Positions 49,174 through 58,718 of a stretch of 64,000 bases of DNA are shown here, piece after piece. Position 1 is the first letter of the stretch, and the number at the start of each line of letters is the position of its first letter. The notes below the pieces were generated by a model. That model was not told the origin of the DNA and made no database searches. It saw only the letters and a list, made by a program, of their open reading frames with translations. The position numbers and the translations under genes were made by a program. Source of the stretch: an uncultured Verrucomicrobiota bacterium (GTDB taxonomy: Bacteria; Verrucomicrobiota; Kiritimatiellia; RFP12; UBA1067); the NCBI GenBank assembly GCA_946533675.1, contig CAMNBZ010000003.1:33014-97013 (forward strand). Direction: 5' to 3'.

Positions 49174-50782
49174 AGAATTCGATGTGTTTGCCGGCAGCAT
49201 GAAGAACGCGGCGGGCGCGCCCCAGCAGAACGGCGGCGGCAAGGAGGGCGGCGCACCCGCGCCGGCGGGCGGCGCGCAGCCGGCCCAGCAGCAGCCGTCC
49301 GGTCAGGGGCAGTCGAACCACAACCGGCAGCAGAAGCGGCAGTTCCACCACGGCAAGCCGTTCAACCGCCCGCAGAAGCCGAACGCCTCGCCGATCCGCG
49401 GCGCGAACGGCAGCGAGTCGGTCAATCCGCTCCTGAACGCGCCGCTGCCGACGGAGCCGAAATCGGCCGAGCCCGCCGAGGCGGTCAACCCGCGCCGCGA
49501 CCCGAGCCTGCCGGAATTCCGCCTCGCCGACATCCAGACGTGGCCCGCTCCGGTCATCGTCGAGCGCATGATGCCGGGCGCGGACCCGGAGGAGCTGGGC
49601 ACCTACCGCAAGCACGAGCTGATCTTCGCGGCGATCCGCGCGTATCTCGCCAAGGGCGGCGCGGTGCTCGCGTCGGGCTGTCTGGAGATCGTGCGCGAGG
49701 GCCACGGCTTCCTCCGTTCGGCGAAGAACAACTTCCTCGCCTATCCCGAGGACGTGTTCGTGACGCAGCAGCAGATCCGCCGCCACGCGCTGCGGACGGG
49801 CGACATCGTCGAGGGCCCCATCCGCGACCCGCGCGACCGCGACCGCTTCTTCTGCCTCGGCAACGTGGCGACCGTGAACGGCAAGGAGCCGTCCGTCGCC
49901 GCGCGCGTCATCCACTTCGAGAACCTGACGGCGACGTTCCCGACGCGGCGCATCTTCCTGGAGACGGAGGCGAAGGAGTTCTCCACGCGCGTCGTCGATC
50001 TCTTCACGCCGATCGGCTTCGGCCAGCGCGGTCTCATCATCGCGCCGCCGCGCGTCGGCAAGACGGTGCTCCTTCAGAAGATGGCGAACGCCATCTCGAA
50101 GAACCATCCCGACGCGATGCTGATCATCCTCTTGATCGACGAGCGTCCCGAGGAAGTGACCGACATGCAGCGCAACACGAAGGCGATGGTGCTGTCGTCC
50201 ACCTTCGACGAGGAGCCGCAGCATCACGTGAGCGTCACGGAAATGGTCCTCGAGATGTCGAAGCGCCAGGTCGAGAACGGCCGCGACGTCATCATCCTCA
50301 TGGATTCGCTCACGCGCATGGCCCGCGCCTACAACACCGTCCAGCCGCATTCCGGCAAGATCCTGACAGGCGGCGTCGACGCGCTCGCCATGCACCGCCC
50401 GAAGCGCTTCTTCGGCGCGGCGCGCAACATCGAGGGCGGCGGGTCGCTCACGATCATCGCGACGGGCCTCATCGACACGGGCTCGCGCATGGACGAGGTG
50501 ATCTTCGAGGAGTTCAAGGGCACGGGCAACATGGAGATCGTGCTGGACCGCGGCCTCGCCGACAAGCGCATCTATCCGGCGATCGACATCGAAAAGTCGG
50601 GCACGCGCAAGGAGGACCTGCTCCTCGATCCCGTCGAGCTGGAGAAGACGTGGGGGCTGCGGCGCGTCCTCGCCGCGGCGGGCCCCGAATCGGCGATGAA
50701 GTCGGTCCTGAATTCGCTCAAGAAGACCCAGAGCAACCCCGAGTTCCTGCTCGCGCTCGATCTGAAGAATCTGGAGCGTTAA
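49166..50782 (+). CDS. rho: transcription termination factor Rho with ~115-aa Q/G/P/N-rich N-terminal extension
   Basis: [126 protein letters not shown] and YPAIDI are all present. Confidence 0.97.
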   Translation: MAEEFDVFAGSMKNAAGAPQQNGGGKEGGAPAPAGGAQPAQQQPSGQGQSNHNRQQKRQFHHGKPFNRPQKPNASPIRGANGSESVNPLLNAPLPTEPKSAEPAEAVNPRRDPSLPEFRLADIQTWPAPVIVERMMPGADPEELGTYRKHELIFAAIRAYLAKGGAVLASGCLEIVREGHGFLRSAKNNFLAYPEDVFVTQQQIRRHALRTGDIVEGPIRDPRDRDRFFCLGNVATVNGKEPSVAARVIHFENLTATFPTRRIFLETEAKEFSTRVVDLFTPIGFGQRGLIIAPPRVGKTVLLQKMANAISKNHPDAMLIILLIDERPEEVTDMQRNTKAMVLSSTFDEEPQHHVSVTEMVLEMSKRQVENGRDVIILMDSLTRMARAYNTVQPHSGKILTGGVDALAMHRPKRFFGAARNIEGGGSLTIIATGLIDTGSRMDEVIFEEFKGTGNMEIVLDRGLADKRIYPAIDIEKSGTRKEDLLLDPVELEKTWGLRRVLAAAGPESAMKSVLNSLKKTQSNPEFLLALDLKNLER

Positions 50783-50799
50783 ACGAAAGGCGGTGCGTC

Positions 50800-53700
50800 A
50801 TGAAGAAAGTTCTCGCCCTCCTGGCCGTGCTGCTGGCGGCGATGCCGTCGCTGGCGAGCACCCAGCGGATCTGGCCGCAGTACCGGATCGGCGCGGCGGA
50901 ACTTCAGAACAATGACGGCCGTCTGACCGTTTCGCGGGTGCAGGACGGCGCGGCGTATGTGGCGGACACCGACCCGTTGCTCACGACCTGCACCGTGGCG
51001 GTCGCCTCGATTCCGGCGGGGCAGCAGTTCACCCGCTGGTGGTATTACTATCAGACGGGGACAGGTTCGGCGCGGGCGGTGACGACGAACGAGACGGCGC
51101 TGGGGACGGCGAGCGCCTGCACCTGGACGTACGATGCGAAAATTGCAGCGGCGGGGGCCGCGGGCGTGTACGTTGTCGCCGATTTCGACTATCTCACCTA
51201 TACGCTCCACTACAACGCGAACGGCGGCAGCGGTTCGATGCCGGACGAGTCGCACATCTACACCAACCGATTCAATCTGGCGGCGAATGCGTTCACGAAG
51301 CCCGGCTATACCTTTGGCGGCTGGACGAACAGGACGGGGACCGCATTTGCGAACGCGGCATCCATCGCCTCGGGCGCGGTGTTCGGCGTCACCTACACGA
51401 ACGCGACGACACGCACGGCGAACCTCTACGCCACCTGGAAGGCCCGGGCCTACACGGTGACGCTCAATCCGCAGAGCGGCACGGGCGGCACGACGTCCGT
51501 GACGGCGACGTACGCGGCGGCGCTGCCGTCGGTCACGGCGCCGACGCGCACGGGGTACACGTTCGGCGGGTACTACACGGGCACGGGCGGCGCGGGCACG
51601 CTGTATTACAACGCGGACGGCACGGGCGCGCGCGCGTGGGACAAGGCGGCCGCGGCCACCCTCTACGCGAAATGGACGGCCGCGCGCGTCACGGTTCTCT
51701 TCAACGCCAACGGCGGCGCGTTTGCGGACGGGACGGCGGTGGATGCGCAAGGGCGCGCGTCCAAGAGCGTCGGCTACGACCAGGCGTACGGCGACCTGCC
51801 GACGCCGGTCCGCGCCGGCTACACGTTTGCCGGCTGGTACAATTCCGGCGCGGTCATCACGTCGACGACGATCTGCAGACGGACGGACGCGCATACGCTT
51901 TTTGCCTCCTGGAAGGCGAACGCCTACACGGTGACGCTCAATCCGCAGAGCGGCACGGGCGGCACGACGTCCGTGACGGCGACGTACGCGGCGGCGCTGC
52001 CGTCGGTCACGGCGCCGACGCGCACGGGGTACACGTTCGGCGGGTACTACACGGGCACGGGCGGCGCGGGCACGCTGTATTACAACGCGGACGGCACGGG
52101 CGCGCGCGCGTGGGACAAGGCGGCCGCGGCCACCCTCTACGCCCAGTGGACGGCGAAAACCTATCCGGTCGAGCTGGACTGGCAGGACGGTTCGGGCGGT
52201 ACGATCTCTGTGACGGCGACCTTTGCGTCCGCGCTGCCGCCAATCACGGTGCCGACGCGTACAGGCTACGTCTTCGACGGGTATTACGCCATGCGCAACG
52301 GCGGCGGGACCCAGTACTACAACGCAGACGGGACAGGAGCCCGGGCATGGGATCTGGATCGCGGCAGTCCGGTGCTGTATGCCAAATGGACGCCCGTAAA
52401 CTATCCTGTCACGCTCGATCCGCAGGGAGGCGCGGGCGGCAGCGCCGCGGTGACGGCGACTTACGACGCCGCGCTGCCGACGGTGACGGTGCCGGAACGC
52501 GCCGGATACGATTTCGGCGGCTACTACACGGATGTGGACGGCGCGGGCCAGCAGTATTACGCGTCCAACGGGACAAGCGCCCGGAAATGGGACATGACCG
52601 CCTCGACGACGCTGTACGCGAAGTGGACGGCGAAGAAGTATCGGGTGACGTTTGACCGGCAGGGGGGCGCGGGCGGCACGACCTCTGTCACGGCGACCTA
52701 CGACGCCGCGCTGCCGTCGGTCACGGTGCCGACGCGCACGGGCTATGCGTTCGACGGGTATGACGATCAGACGGGCGGCGCGGGCACGCCGTACTACAAC
52801 GCGGACGGCACGGGCGTGCGCGTGTGGGACAAGGCGTCCGATGCAACGCTGTACGCGAAATGGGTGCCGATCAGCTATACAATCGCCTTTGACGGCGGCG
52901 GCGCGGAGACGGGTTCGGTCGATCCCCTCGCCGCGGAATACGGCACGGTCTATGCGCTGCCGGCAAATGGATTCGTCCGGTCGGGATTCAACTTCACCGG
53001 CTGGCGCTTCGGCAACGCGACTTATGCGGTCGGCGCGAGCGTTTCCAATCTGACGACGACGGCGGGCGCGACGGTGACATTCTCCGCCATCTGGTCGGAG
53101 CTGCGGTATGCGGCGTTCGACGGCCACGGCGCGGACAATGCGGCGGCGATGATCGACGAGGTTCTGACCTTTGACGGCGTCGAGACGCACGCGCTTGTCT
53201 CGAACCGGTTTGAGAAGACGGGCTATACGTTCGGCGGCTGGGCGACGAACGAGACGGAAGCCGCCGCGCAGACGGTTGCCTACACCGACGGCGCGGATGT
53301 GGCCAGCACGAATCTGTGGAGCGGCGTCGGCGAAACGAATGTGTTCTACGCCGTGTGGTCCAACAATGCCTTTACGGTGACGTTTGACGCGAACGGCGGC
53401 GCAGGCGAGATGGAGCCGCAGGCGTTCTTCTACGATCAGCCGCAGGCGCTGTCGCCGTGCGCCTTCACGTCGAGCCTTGAATTCCGGGGCTGGGCCACGA
53501 ATGAAACGGATGAGGTCGTCTTCACCGACTGCGCCGCTGTCTCGAATCTGACCGCAGAGGCCAACGGCACCGTGACACTCTCTGCGGTGTGGGACAATGG
53601 CGAACTGTCGCAGGCGATGCACTGCCGCAACCTCGTCTGGGTGCAGAAGGAGACGGGGGCGGATTGGACGATTGTGAACGGCGCGGACGAAGGCTACAAT

Positions 53701-54282
53701 CCAAGCGGCTCGTCGGTTTCCTGCGCGATCAATTATTGGGAGGATATTATGCAATCCACAAGGCTGGCACTCCGGGACGGGACGACCGGTTCCGGGAAGC
53801 TCTTCTTCTGGTATAAAGCAACGCAAGCCGGCACCGATCCTTACTGGTTTTATTTTAAGTCGGGCGCTGAAACGCAAAAACTCGTTCTTCAGACGACCTG
53901 GACGAAGTTCGGTCCGGTGGACGTGGCGGACCTGAGCAAGGTCGCGATCTATCTGGAGATGGATACACAAAAGGGCGAAGACTGCACCGTCTGGATCGAC
54001 CAGATGACATGGGTGCCGGCCGGTGCGGAGCCGACGGAGGCCGACCGGCCCGTCGTCAGCGGATTCACACCCGCGACGACCGGCGGTTTCACGCTGTCGG
54101 TCGATCCCGCGAATATCAGTGGCTCGTTCAGTTATCAGATTCTGGCGACGAACGAGCTGGTGGGCGGCGAATGGCCGGTCAAGGCGAATCTGTCGGCGGA
54201 CGAGCTGAAGGCGGGCTATGCCATCACGCCGGAAGCCGGCGAGCCGACGATGTTCTACAAAGTGAAAGTGATCGCGAAATAA
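50800..54282 (+). CDS. secreted surface protein with ~9-10 Listeria-Bacteroides (InlB B-type, Flg_new) repeats and a C-terminal beta-sandwich domain
   Basis: The signal peptide is MKKVLALLAVLLAAMPSLAS. A ~79-aa unit recurs: Y.V.L(D/N)PQ.G.GG...VTATY...LP.V..PTR.GY.F.GYY......YY..DGT..R.WD......LYA.WT. GYTFGGW motifs are present. The tail is PTMFYKVKVIAK. The ORF-track start at 49540 is an off-frame read through rho and is rejected. Confidence 0.9.
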   Translation: MKKVLALLAVLLAAMPSLASTQRIWPQYRIGAAELQNNDGRLTVSRVQDGAAYVADTDPLLTTCTVAVASIPAGQQFTRWWYYYQTGTGSARAVTTNETALGTASACTWTYDAKIAAAGAAGVYVVADFDYLTYTLHYNANGGSGSMPDESHIYTNRFNLAANAFTKPGYTFGGWTNRTGTAFANAASIASGAVFGVTYTNATTRTANLYATWKARAYTVTLNPQSGTGGTTSVTATYAAALPSVTAPTRTGYTFGGYYTGTGGAGTLYYNADGTGARAWDKAAAATLYAKWTAARVTVLFNANGGAFADGTAVDAQGRASKSVGYDQAYGDLPTPVRAGYTFAGWYNSGAVITSTTICRRTDAHTLFASWKANAYTVTLNPQSGTGGTTSVTATYAAALPSVTAPTRTGYTFGGYYTGTGGAGTLYYNADGTGARAWDKAAAATLYAQWTAKTYPVELDWQDGSGGTISVTATFASALPPITVPTRTGYVFDGYYAMRNGGGTQYYNADGTGARAWDLDRGSPVLYAKWTPVNYPVTLDPQGGAGGSAAVTATYDAALPTVTVPERAGYDFGGYYTDVDGAGQQYYASNGTSARKWDMTASTTLYAKWTAKKYRVTFDRQGGAGGTTSVTATYDAALPSVTVPTRTGYAFDGYDDQTGGAGTPYYNADGTGVRVWDKASDATLYAKWVPISYTIAFDGGGAETGSVDPLAAEYGTVYALPANGFVRSGFNFTGWRFGNATYAVGASVSNLTTTAGATVTFSAIWSELRYAAFDGHGADNAAAMIDEVLTFDGVETHALVSNRFEKTGYTFGGWATNETEAAAQTVAYTDGADVASTNLWSGVGETNVFYAVWSNNAFTVTFDANGGAGEMEPQAFFYDQPQALSPCAFTSSLEFRGWATNETDEVVFTDCAAVSNLTAEANGTVTLSAVWDNGELSQAMHCRNLVWVQKETGADWTIVNGADEGYNPSGSSVSCAINYWEDIMQSTRLALRDGTTGSGKLFFWYKATQAGTDPYWFYFKSGAETQKLVLQTTWTKFGPVDVADLSKVAIYLEMDTQKGEDCTVWIDQMTWVPAGAEPTEADRPVVSGFTPATTGGFTLSVDPANISGSFSYQILATNELVGGEWPVKANLSADELKAGYAITPEAGEPTMFYKVKVIAK
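51448..51668 (+). repeat. 221-bp perfect direct repeat, copy 1 (partner 51922-52142)
   Basis: Identical base for base on hand comparison. The offset is 474 nt, equal to two protein repeat units. Confidence 0.85.
51922..52142 (+). repeat. 221-bp perfect direct repeat, copy 2
   Basis: See copy 1. Confidence 0.85.
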
Positions 54283-54324
54283 CGCGCTGCACCTCTGCGT
54301 CTCTGCGCGCAAACAACTATCAAC

Positions 54325-57261
54325 ATGGATATCATCATCAAGAATGCCCGTGTGCACAACCTCCAGGGCATCGACGTCACCATCCCGCGCAATTCACTGA
54401 CCGTCGTGACGGGGCTTTCCGGCTCGGGCAAGTCCTCGCTCGCGTTCGACACGCTCTATGCGGAAGGGCAGCGCCGCTATGTCGAATCGCTTTCCGCCTA
54501 CGCGCGCCAGTTCCTCGACCGCATCGAAAAGCCGGATGTCGAAAAGATCGAGGGCCTGTCGCCCGCCATTTCCATCGAGCAGCACACGACGAGCGGCAAT
54601 CCGCGCTCCATCGTCGCGACGGTGACGGAGATTCACGACTACCTGCGCATTCTCTACGGCTCGGTCGCGACGGCGCACTGCCCGCACTGCGGCCGGCCCG
54701 TGACGAAGCAGTCCGCCGAGCAGATCGTCGATGCGCTCCTCAAGCGCCCCGGCAAGGTGATTCTTCTCGCGCCCGTCGTAAAGGGCAAGAAGGGCCGCCA
54801 CGAGGAGACGTTCGCCGCGCTCACGCGCAACGGCTTTGCGCGCGTGCGCATCGACGGGACGATGTATCCGCTCGACGAGCTGCCGGAACTGGACAAGAAG
54901 AAGGCGCACAACATCGAGGTCGTCGTCGACCGCCTCGTCATCCCGGCCCCAGCGGAAGATCCGTCGTCGAACGCGGAGCGGAGCAAGTCGCAGGCGAGCG
55001 ACGCGGAGCGTTCGACCTCCGCATCCGCCGCTTTCCGCACGCGCCTGACCGATTCGGTGGAATTGGCGCTCAAGACCGGCCACGGCATTCTGGTCGTCGA
55101 GCGGCTGGAGGAAGAAAGCGGATCGTCTGACGCGCAGCCGGAATCAGGAATTTTGTCTGACGCGGAGCGGAGCGAGTCGCAGGCGAGCGACGCGGAGCGT
55201 CAGACCACCTATTCCGAACTCAACGCCTGCGTCGACTGCGGCATCTCCTTCGACGAGCTCAAGCCGCGCGCCTTCTCGTTCAACTCGCCGTTCGGCGCGT
55301 GCCCGACGTGCGCGGGCCTCGGCCAGCTCTACTATTTCGACGAAGACCTCGTCGTGCCGGACAAGACGCTGCCGCTCGAAGAGGCGATCCATCCGTGGCG
55401 GCGGCTCGGCGGCCAGATGGCGATCCTCTACCACAAGGAGCTCCTGTCCGAGATCGCGCGTCAGAGCGGCGTCGATCTGCGCACGCCCTACAACAAGCTG
55501 CCCGCGAAGTTCCGCCACGACCTGATGCACGGCTTCAAGACCAATCTCGTCCTCAGCTGGCGGCGCGTGGACCGTCCGTTCGAGGGCGTCCTCGCCGCGC
55601 TCAAGCGCAAGATGGAGGAGGCGACGGACGACGAGGTGCGCGCGAAGTACGAGGCGTACCAGAATTTCCGCACGTGCCCCGACTGCCACGGCGCGCGCCT
55701 GAGGCCCGAATCGCGCGCGGCGACGGTGGCGGGCCGGACGATCGTCGAGGTGATGGCGATGCCGGTCGGCGCGGCGCTCGCCTTTTTCAACGGCCTGCCC
55801 GACTTCCCGGGGATGCGCGAAATCCTCAAGGAGATCCGCCGCCGCCTCCAGTTCCTGCTCGACGTGGGGCTCGACTACCTGACGCTCGACCGCGCCTCGG
55901 CGACGCTGTCGGGCGGCGAGATGCAGCGCATCCGCCTCGCGACGCAGATCGGCTCGGGGCTGACGGGCGTGCTCTACGTCCTCGACGAGCCGACGATCGG
56001 GCTGCATCCGCGCGACAACGAGCGGCTGATCGCGACGCTGAAGGGGCTGCGCGACCGCGGCAACACGGTCGTCATCGTCGAGCACGACGAGGAGATGATG
56101 CGCGCGGCGGACTACATCGTGGACCTGGGGCCGGGCGCGGGGCGCGAAGGCGGCCGGGTGATGTACCAGGGCGACTTCAAGGGCCTCAAGAAGGCGAAGT
56201 CGCTCACGGCCGACTACCTGACGGGCCGCAAGAAGGTCGTGGCGGGGGATCGTGGAGACGGTCGAACGGCGTTCGACCGATTCCTCGTCCTCTCCGGCTG
56301 CACGGAGCACAACCTGAAGAATATCACCGTCCGCATTCCCGTCGGCGCGTTCACGGTCGTGACGGGCGTCTCGGGCTCGGGCAAGTCGACGCTCATCGAC
56401 GAGACGCTCAAGCGCGCGCTGATGCGCGAATTCTACCACGCCAAGGCGGTGCCGGGCAAGTTCAAGAAGCTCACCGGCATCGACAACTTCGACAAGGTGA
56501 TCGAGATCGACCAGTCGCCGATCGGCCGCACGCCGCGCTCGAACCCCGCGACGTACGTCGGCTTCTTCTCGGAGATCCGCGACCTCTTCGCCAAAACCGA
56601 GGCGGCGCGCGCGCGCGGCTACACGGCGGGGCGCTTCTCGTTCAACGTGAAGGGCGGGCGGTGCGAGGTCTGCGGCGGCGACGGCCTCAAGAAGCTGGAG
56701 ATGAGCTTCCTGCCGGACGTGTACGTGACGTGCGAGCAGTGCGGCGGCAAGCGGTTCAACGCCGAGACGCTGGAGGTGACGTACGGCGGAAAGAACATCG
56801 CCGAGGTGCTGGAGATGACGGTCGCGGAGGCGGCGGAGTTCTTCGCGAAGGTGCCGAATCTCCGGCGCAAGCTCCAGACGCTCGTGGACGTGGGGCTCGG
56901 CTACATCGCGCTCGGCCAGTCGGCGACGACGCTCTCGGGCGGCGAGGCGCAGCGCATCAAGCTCGCGACGGAGCTGTCGCGGCGCGCGACGGGGCGCACC
57001 CTGTACCTCCTCGACGAGCCGACGACGGGCCTTCACTTCGACGACATCGCGAAGCTGATGAAGCTCCTCGCGCAGCTGCGCGACGCGGGCAACACGGTCG
57101 TCGTGATCGAGCACAACACCGACGTGATGAAGTGCGCGGACTGGATCATCGACCTCGGGCCGGGCGGCGGCGACGCGGGCGGCGAGCTCGTGTGCGAAGG
57201 GCCGCCCGCGAAGATCGCCGCGTGCGCGCGTTCGGTGACCGGCCGGTTTCTGGGGGTCTAG
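54325..57261 (+). CDS. uvrA: excinuclease ABC subunit A, carrying two in-frame repeat insertions
   Basis: VTGLSGSGKSSLAFDTLYAEGQRRYVESLSAYARQFL and LSGGEMQRIRLATQIGSGLTGVLYVLDEPTIGLH are present. So are VTGVSGSGKSTLI, two zinc modules (C-x2-C), and LSGGEAQRIKLATEL...LYLLDEPTTGLHF. Confidence 0.98.
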   Translation: MDIIIKNARVHNLQGIDVTIPRNSLTVVTGLSGSGKSSLAFDTLYAEGQRRYVESLSAYARQFLDRIEKPDVEKIEGLSPAISIEQHTTSGNPRSIVATVTEIHDYLRILYGSVATAHCPHCGRPVTKQSAEQIVDALLKRPGKVILLAPVVKGKKGRHEETFAALTRNGFARVRIDGTMYPLDELPELDKKKAHNIEVVVDRLVIPAPAEDPSSNAERSKSQASDAERSTSASAAFRTRLTDSVELALKTGHGILVVERLEEESGSSDAQPESGILSDAERSESQASDAERQTTYSELNACVDCGISFDELKPRAFSFNSPFGACPTCAGLGQLYYFDEDLVVPDKTLPLEEAIHPWRRLGGQMAILYHKELLSEIARQSGVDLRTPYNKLPAKFRHDLMHGFKTNLVLSWRRVDRPFEGVLAALKRKMEEATDDEVRAKYEAYQNFRTCPDCHGARLRPESRAATVAGRTIVEVMAMPVGAALAFFNGLPDFPGMREILKEIRRRLQFLLDVGLDYLTLDRASATLSGGEMQRIRLATQIGSGLTGVLYVLDEPTIGLHPRDNERLIATLKGLRDRGNTVVIVEHDEEMMRAADYIVDLGPGAGREGGRVMYQGDFKGLKKAKSLTADYLTGRKKVVAGDRGDGRTAFDRFLVLSGCTEHNLKNITVRIPVGAFTVVTGVSGSGKSTLIDETLKRALMREFYHAKAVPGKFKKLTGIDNFDKVIEIDQSPIGRTPRSNPATYVGFFSEIRDLFAKTEAARARGYTAGRFSFNVKGGRCEVCGGDGLKKLEMSFLPDVYVTCEQCGGKRFNAETLEVTYGGKNIAEVLEMTVAEAAEFFAKVPNLRRKLQTLVDVGLGYIALGQSATTLSGGEAQRIKLATELSRRATGRTLYLLDEPTTGLHFDDIAKLMKLLAQLRDAGNTVVVIEHNTDVMKCADWIIDLGPGGGDAGGELVCEGPPAKIAACARSVTGRFLGV
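54967..55015 (+). repeat. palindrome-ended element 1 inserted in frame in uvrA
   Basis: TCGAACGC ...GGAGCGGAGCAAGTCGCAGGCGAGCGACGCGGA... GCGTTCGA. It encodes SNAERSKSQASDAERS. Confidence 0.75.
55155..55205 (+). repeat. palindrome-ended element 2 inserted in frame in uvrA
   Basis: GTCTGACGC ...GGAGCGGAGCGAGTCGCAGGCGAGCGACGCGGA... GCGTCAGAC. It encodes SDAERSESQASDAERQ. The core is near-identical to element 1. Confidence 0.75.
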
Positions 57262-57370
57262 GGGGCTAGAACTCTAGGCCTCTAGGACTCTAGAATTCTA
57301 GAATAGCGCGGCTTGCCGCGCGGTCTAGAACAGCGAGCGTAGCGAGCGGTCTAGGATTCTAGAATTCTAG
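57258..57370. repeat. CTAG-rich array C downstream of uvrA
   Basis: About 10 CTAG tetramers occur in ~113 bp (TCTAGG, CTAGAA, TCTAGAATTCTAGA). The hairpin GCGCGGC-TTG-CCGCGC and the direct repeat AGCGAGCG-T-AGCGAGCG are also present. The array starts at the uvrA stop codon. Confidence 0.8.
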
Positions 57371-57391
57371 GAGCCGGGAAGCGCCGATTTT

Positions 57392-57400
57392 TGATATACT
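57392..57400 (+). promoter_or_regulatory. extended -10 box TGATATACT (with upstream T-tract) for recA
   Basis: The context is GATTTTTGATATACT, 31 nt upstream of the recA ATG. An AAGGG SD-like sequence is at about 57419-57424. Confidence 0.5.
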
Positions 57401-57431
57401 ATGCAATCATTGACACGCAAAGGGTAGCATC

Positions 57432-58463
57432 ATGGCGAAGGAAGCAGCAGCGAAGAAGACGACCGGCAACACCGCGCTCGACGCGGTGATGAGCCAGATC
57501 CGCAAGGAGTTCGGCGAGATGTCGATCATGCGGCTCGGCGACCGCGAGATCGAGGACATCGCGGTGATCTCGACGGGCGCGCTGTCGCTCGACCTTGCGC
57601 TCGGCGTCGGCGGGCTGCCGCGCGGCCGCGTGGTGGAGTGCTACGGCCAGGAGTCGTCGGGCAAGACGACGCTCGCGCTGCATGTCGTCGCCAACGCCCA
57701 GAAGGCGGGGGGCGTCGCGGCCTTCATCGATGCGGAGCACGCGCTCGATCCCGGCTATGCGAAGAAGATCGGCGTGGACCTCGACAATCTCATCGTCGCG
57801 CAGCCGAATTCGGGCGAGGAGGCGCTGACGATCTGCGAGCAGCTGTGCAAGTCGGGCGCGCTCGACGTGATCGTGGTCGATTCCGTCGCGGCGCTCACGC
57901 CGCAGGCGGAGATCGACGGCAACATGGGCGACAGCCACATGGGGCTTCAGGCGCGGCTCATGTCGCAGGCGATGCGCAAGCTGACGTCGGTGCTGGCGTC
58001 GACGAAGACGCTCTGCATCTTCACGAACCAGGTGCGCGAGAAGATCGGCGTCATGTTTGGCAATCCCGAGACGACGCCCGGCGGCAAGGCGCTCAAGTTC
58101 TACGCCTCGGTGCGCTTGCAGGTGCAGCGCATCGGCGCGATCAAGAACACGGCGGGGCAGGTCGTCGGCAACCGCACGCGCGTGAAGGTCGTCAAGAACA
58201 AGGTCGCGCCGCCGTTCACGGAGGCGGAGTTCGACATTCTCTACACGTGCGGTATCTCCTACGAAGGGTCGGTGCTGGATGCGGCGCTCGCGCGCGGCGT
58301 GGTGGAGAAGCGCGGCAGCTGGCTCAGCTTCGGCGATACGCAGCTGGCGCAGGGGTCGCTCGCGACGATTGACTATCTCAAGGCGAATCCGGAGGTGACG
58401 GCGCAGATCGTGGAGCTTGTGAAGTCCACGCCCCTCAACCCCTCCCTCGCCAAAAAGAAGTAG
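57432..58463 (+). CDS. recA: recombinase RecA
   Basis: [77 protein letters not shown] and [33 protein letters not shown] are all present. Confidence 0.98.
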   Translation: MAKEAAAKKTTGNTALDAVMSQIRKEFGEMSIMRLGDREIEDIAVISTGALSLDLALGVGGLPRGRVVECYGQESSGKTTLALHVVANAQKAGGVAAFIDAEHALDPGYAKKIGVDLDNLIVAQPNSGEEALTICEQLCKSGALDVIVVDSVAALTPQAEIDGNMGDSHMGLQARLMSQAMRKLTSVLASTKTLCIFTNQVREKIGVMFGNPETTPGGKALKFYASVRLQVQRIGAIKNTAGQVVGNRTRVKVVKNKVAPPFTEAEFDILYTCGISYEGSVLDAALARGVVEKRGSWLSFGDTQLAQGSLATIDYLKANPEVTAQIVELVKSTPLNPSLAKKK

Positions 58464-58468
58464 AATTT

Positions 58469-58581
58469 GTGAGTCTCCAAGCGAGTGGAGCGAAGCGAAA
58501 GGTTTCAGAAGAAAGAAGAGAGAAAAAACGAGGTGAGTCTCCAAGCGAGTGGAGCGAAGCGAAAGGAGCGCGGAGACTCAC
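58469..58581. repeat. two 34-nt direct repeats plus a 10-bp-stem hairpin between recA and tRNA-Ser
   Basis: GTGAGTCTCCAAGCGAGTGGAGCGAAGCGAAAGG occurs at 58469-58502 and 58533-58566. GGAGACTCAC at 58572-58581 is the reverse complement of the first 10 nt of copy 2. Confidence 0.8.
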
Positions 58582-58591
58582 ACCAAAACCT

Positions 58592-58679
58592 GGAGGGTTG
58601 GCGGAGTGGTTGAACGCGGCGGTCTTGAAAATCGTTGAGCCGAAAGGCTCCGGGGGTTCGAATCCCTCACCCTCCGCCA
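58592..58679 (+). tRNA. tRNA-Ser (anticodon UGA), encoded CCA end
   Basis: The cloverleaf was folded by hand. The acceptor is GGAGGGT/ACCCTCC and the anticodon loop is CT-TGA-AA. The long variable arm is GAGCC-GAAA-GGCTC, the T-arm is GGGGG-TTCGAAT-CCCTC, and the discriminator G is followed by CCA. Confidence 0.92.
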
Positions 58680-58718
58680 TCACATCAACCAAATTTTCAA
58701 AAAGTTGGCGCTTCCCCC

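Noticed and set aside
48948-49202. An 84-aa + strand ORF starting at the ATG immediately after the TGATATAAT box inside coaE.
   Set aside because: It is out of frame with coaE and rho and has Arg/Pro-rich nonsense composition. The ATG is too close to the -10 box (0 nt) to be at a transcript start.
49540-50799. 5' extensions suggested by the ORF track: 49540 for the repeat protein, 37415 for pta, 58635 for fba, 6041 for the LamG-like gene, 21288 for giant 2 and 20912 for the lipoprotein.
   Set aside because: The extensions run through upstream genes, or through the tRNA, in another frame. They lack SD sequences. The downstream ATGs chosen are preceded by AAGGAG-type SDs and begin with proper signal peptides or conserved N-termini.
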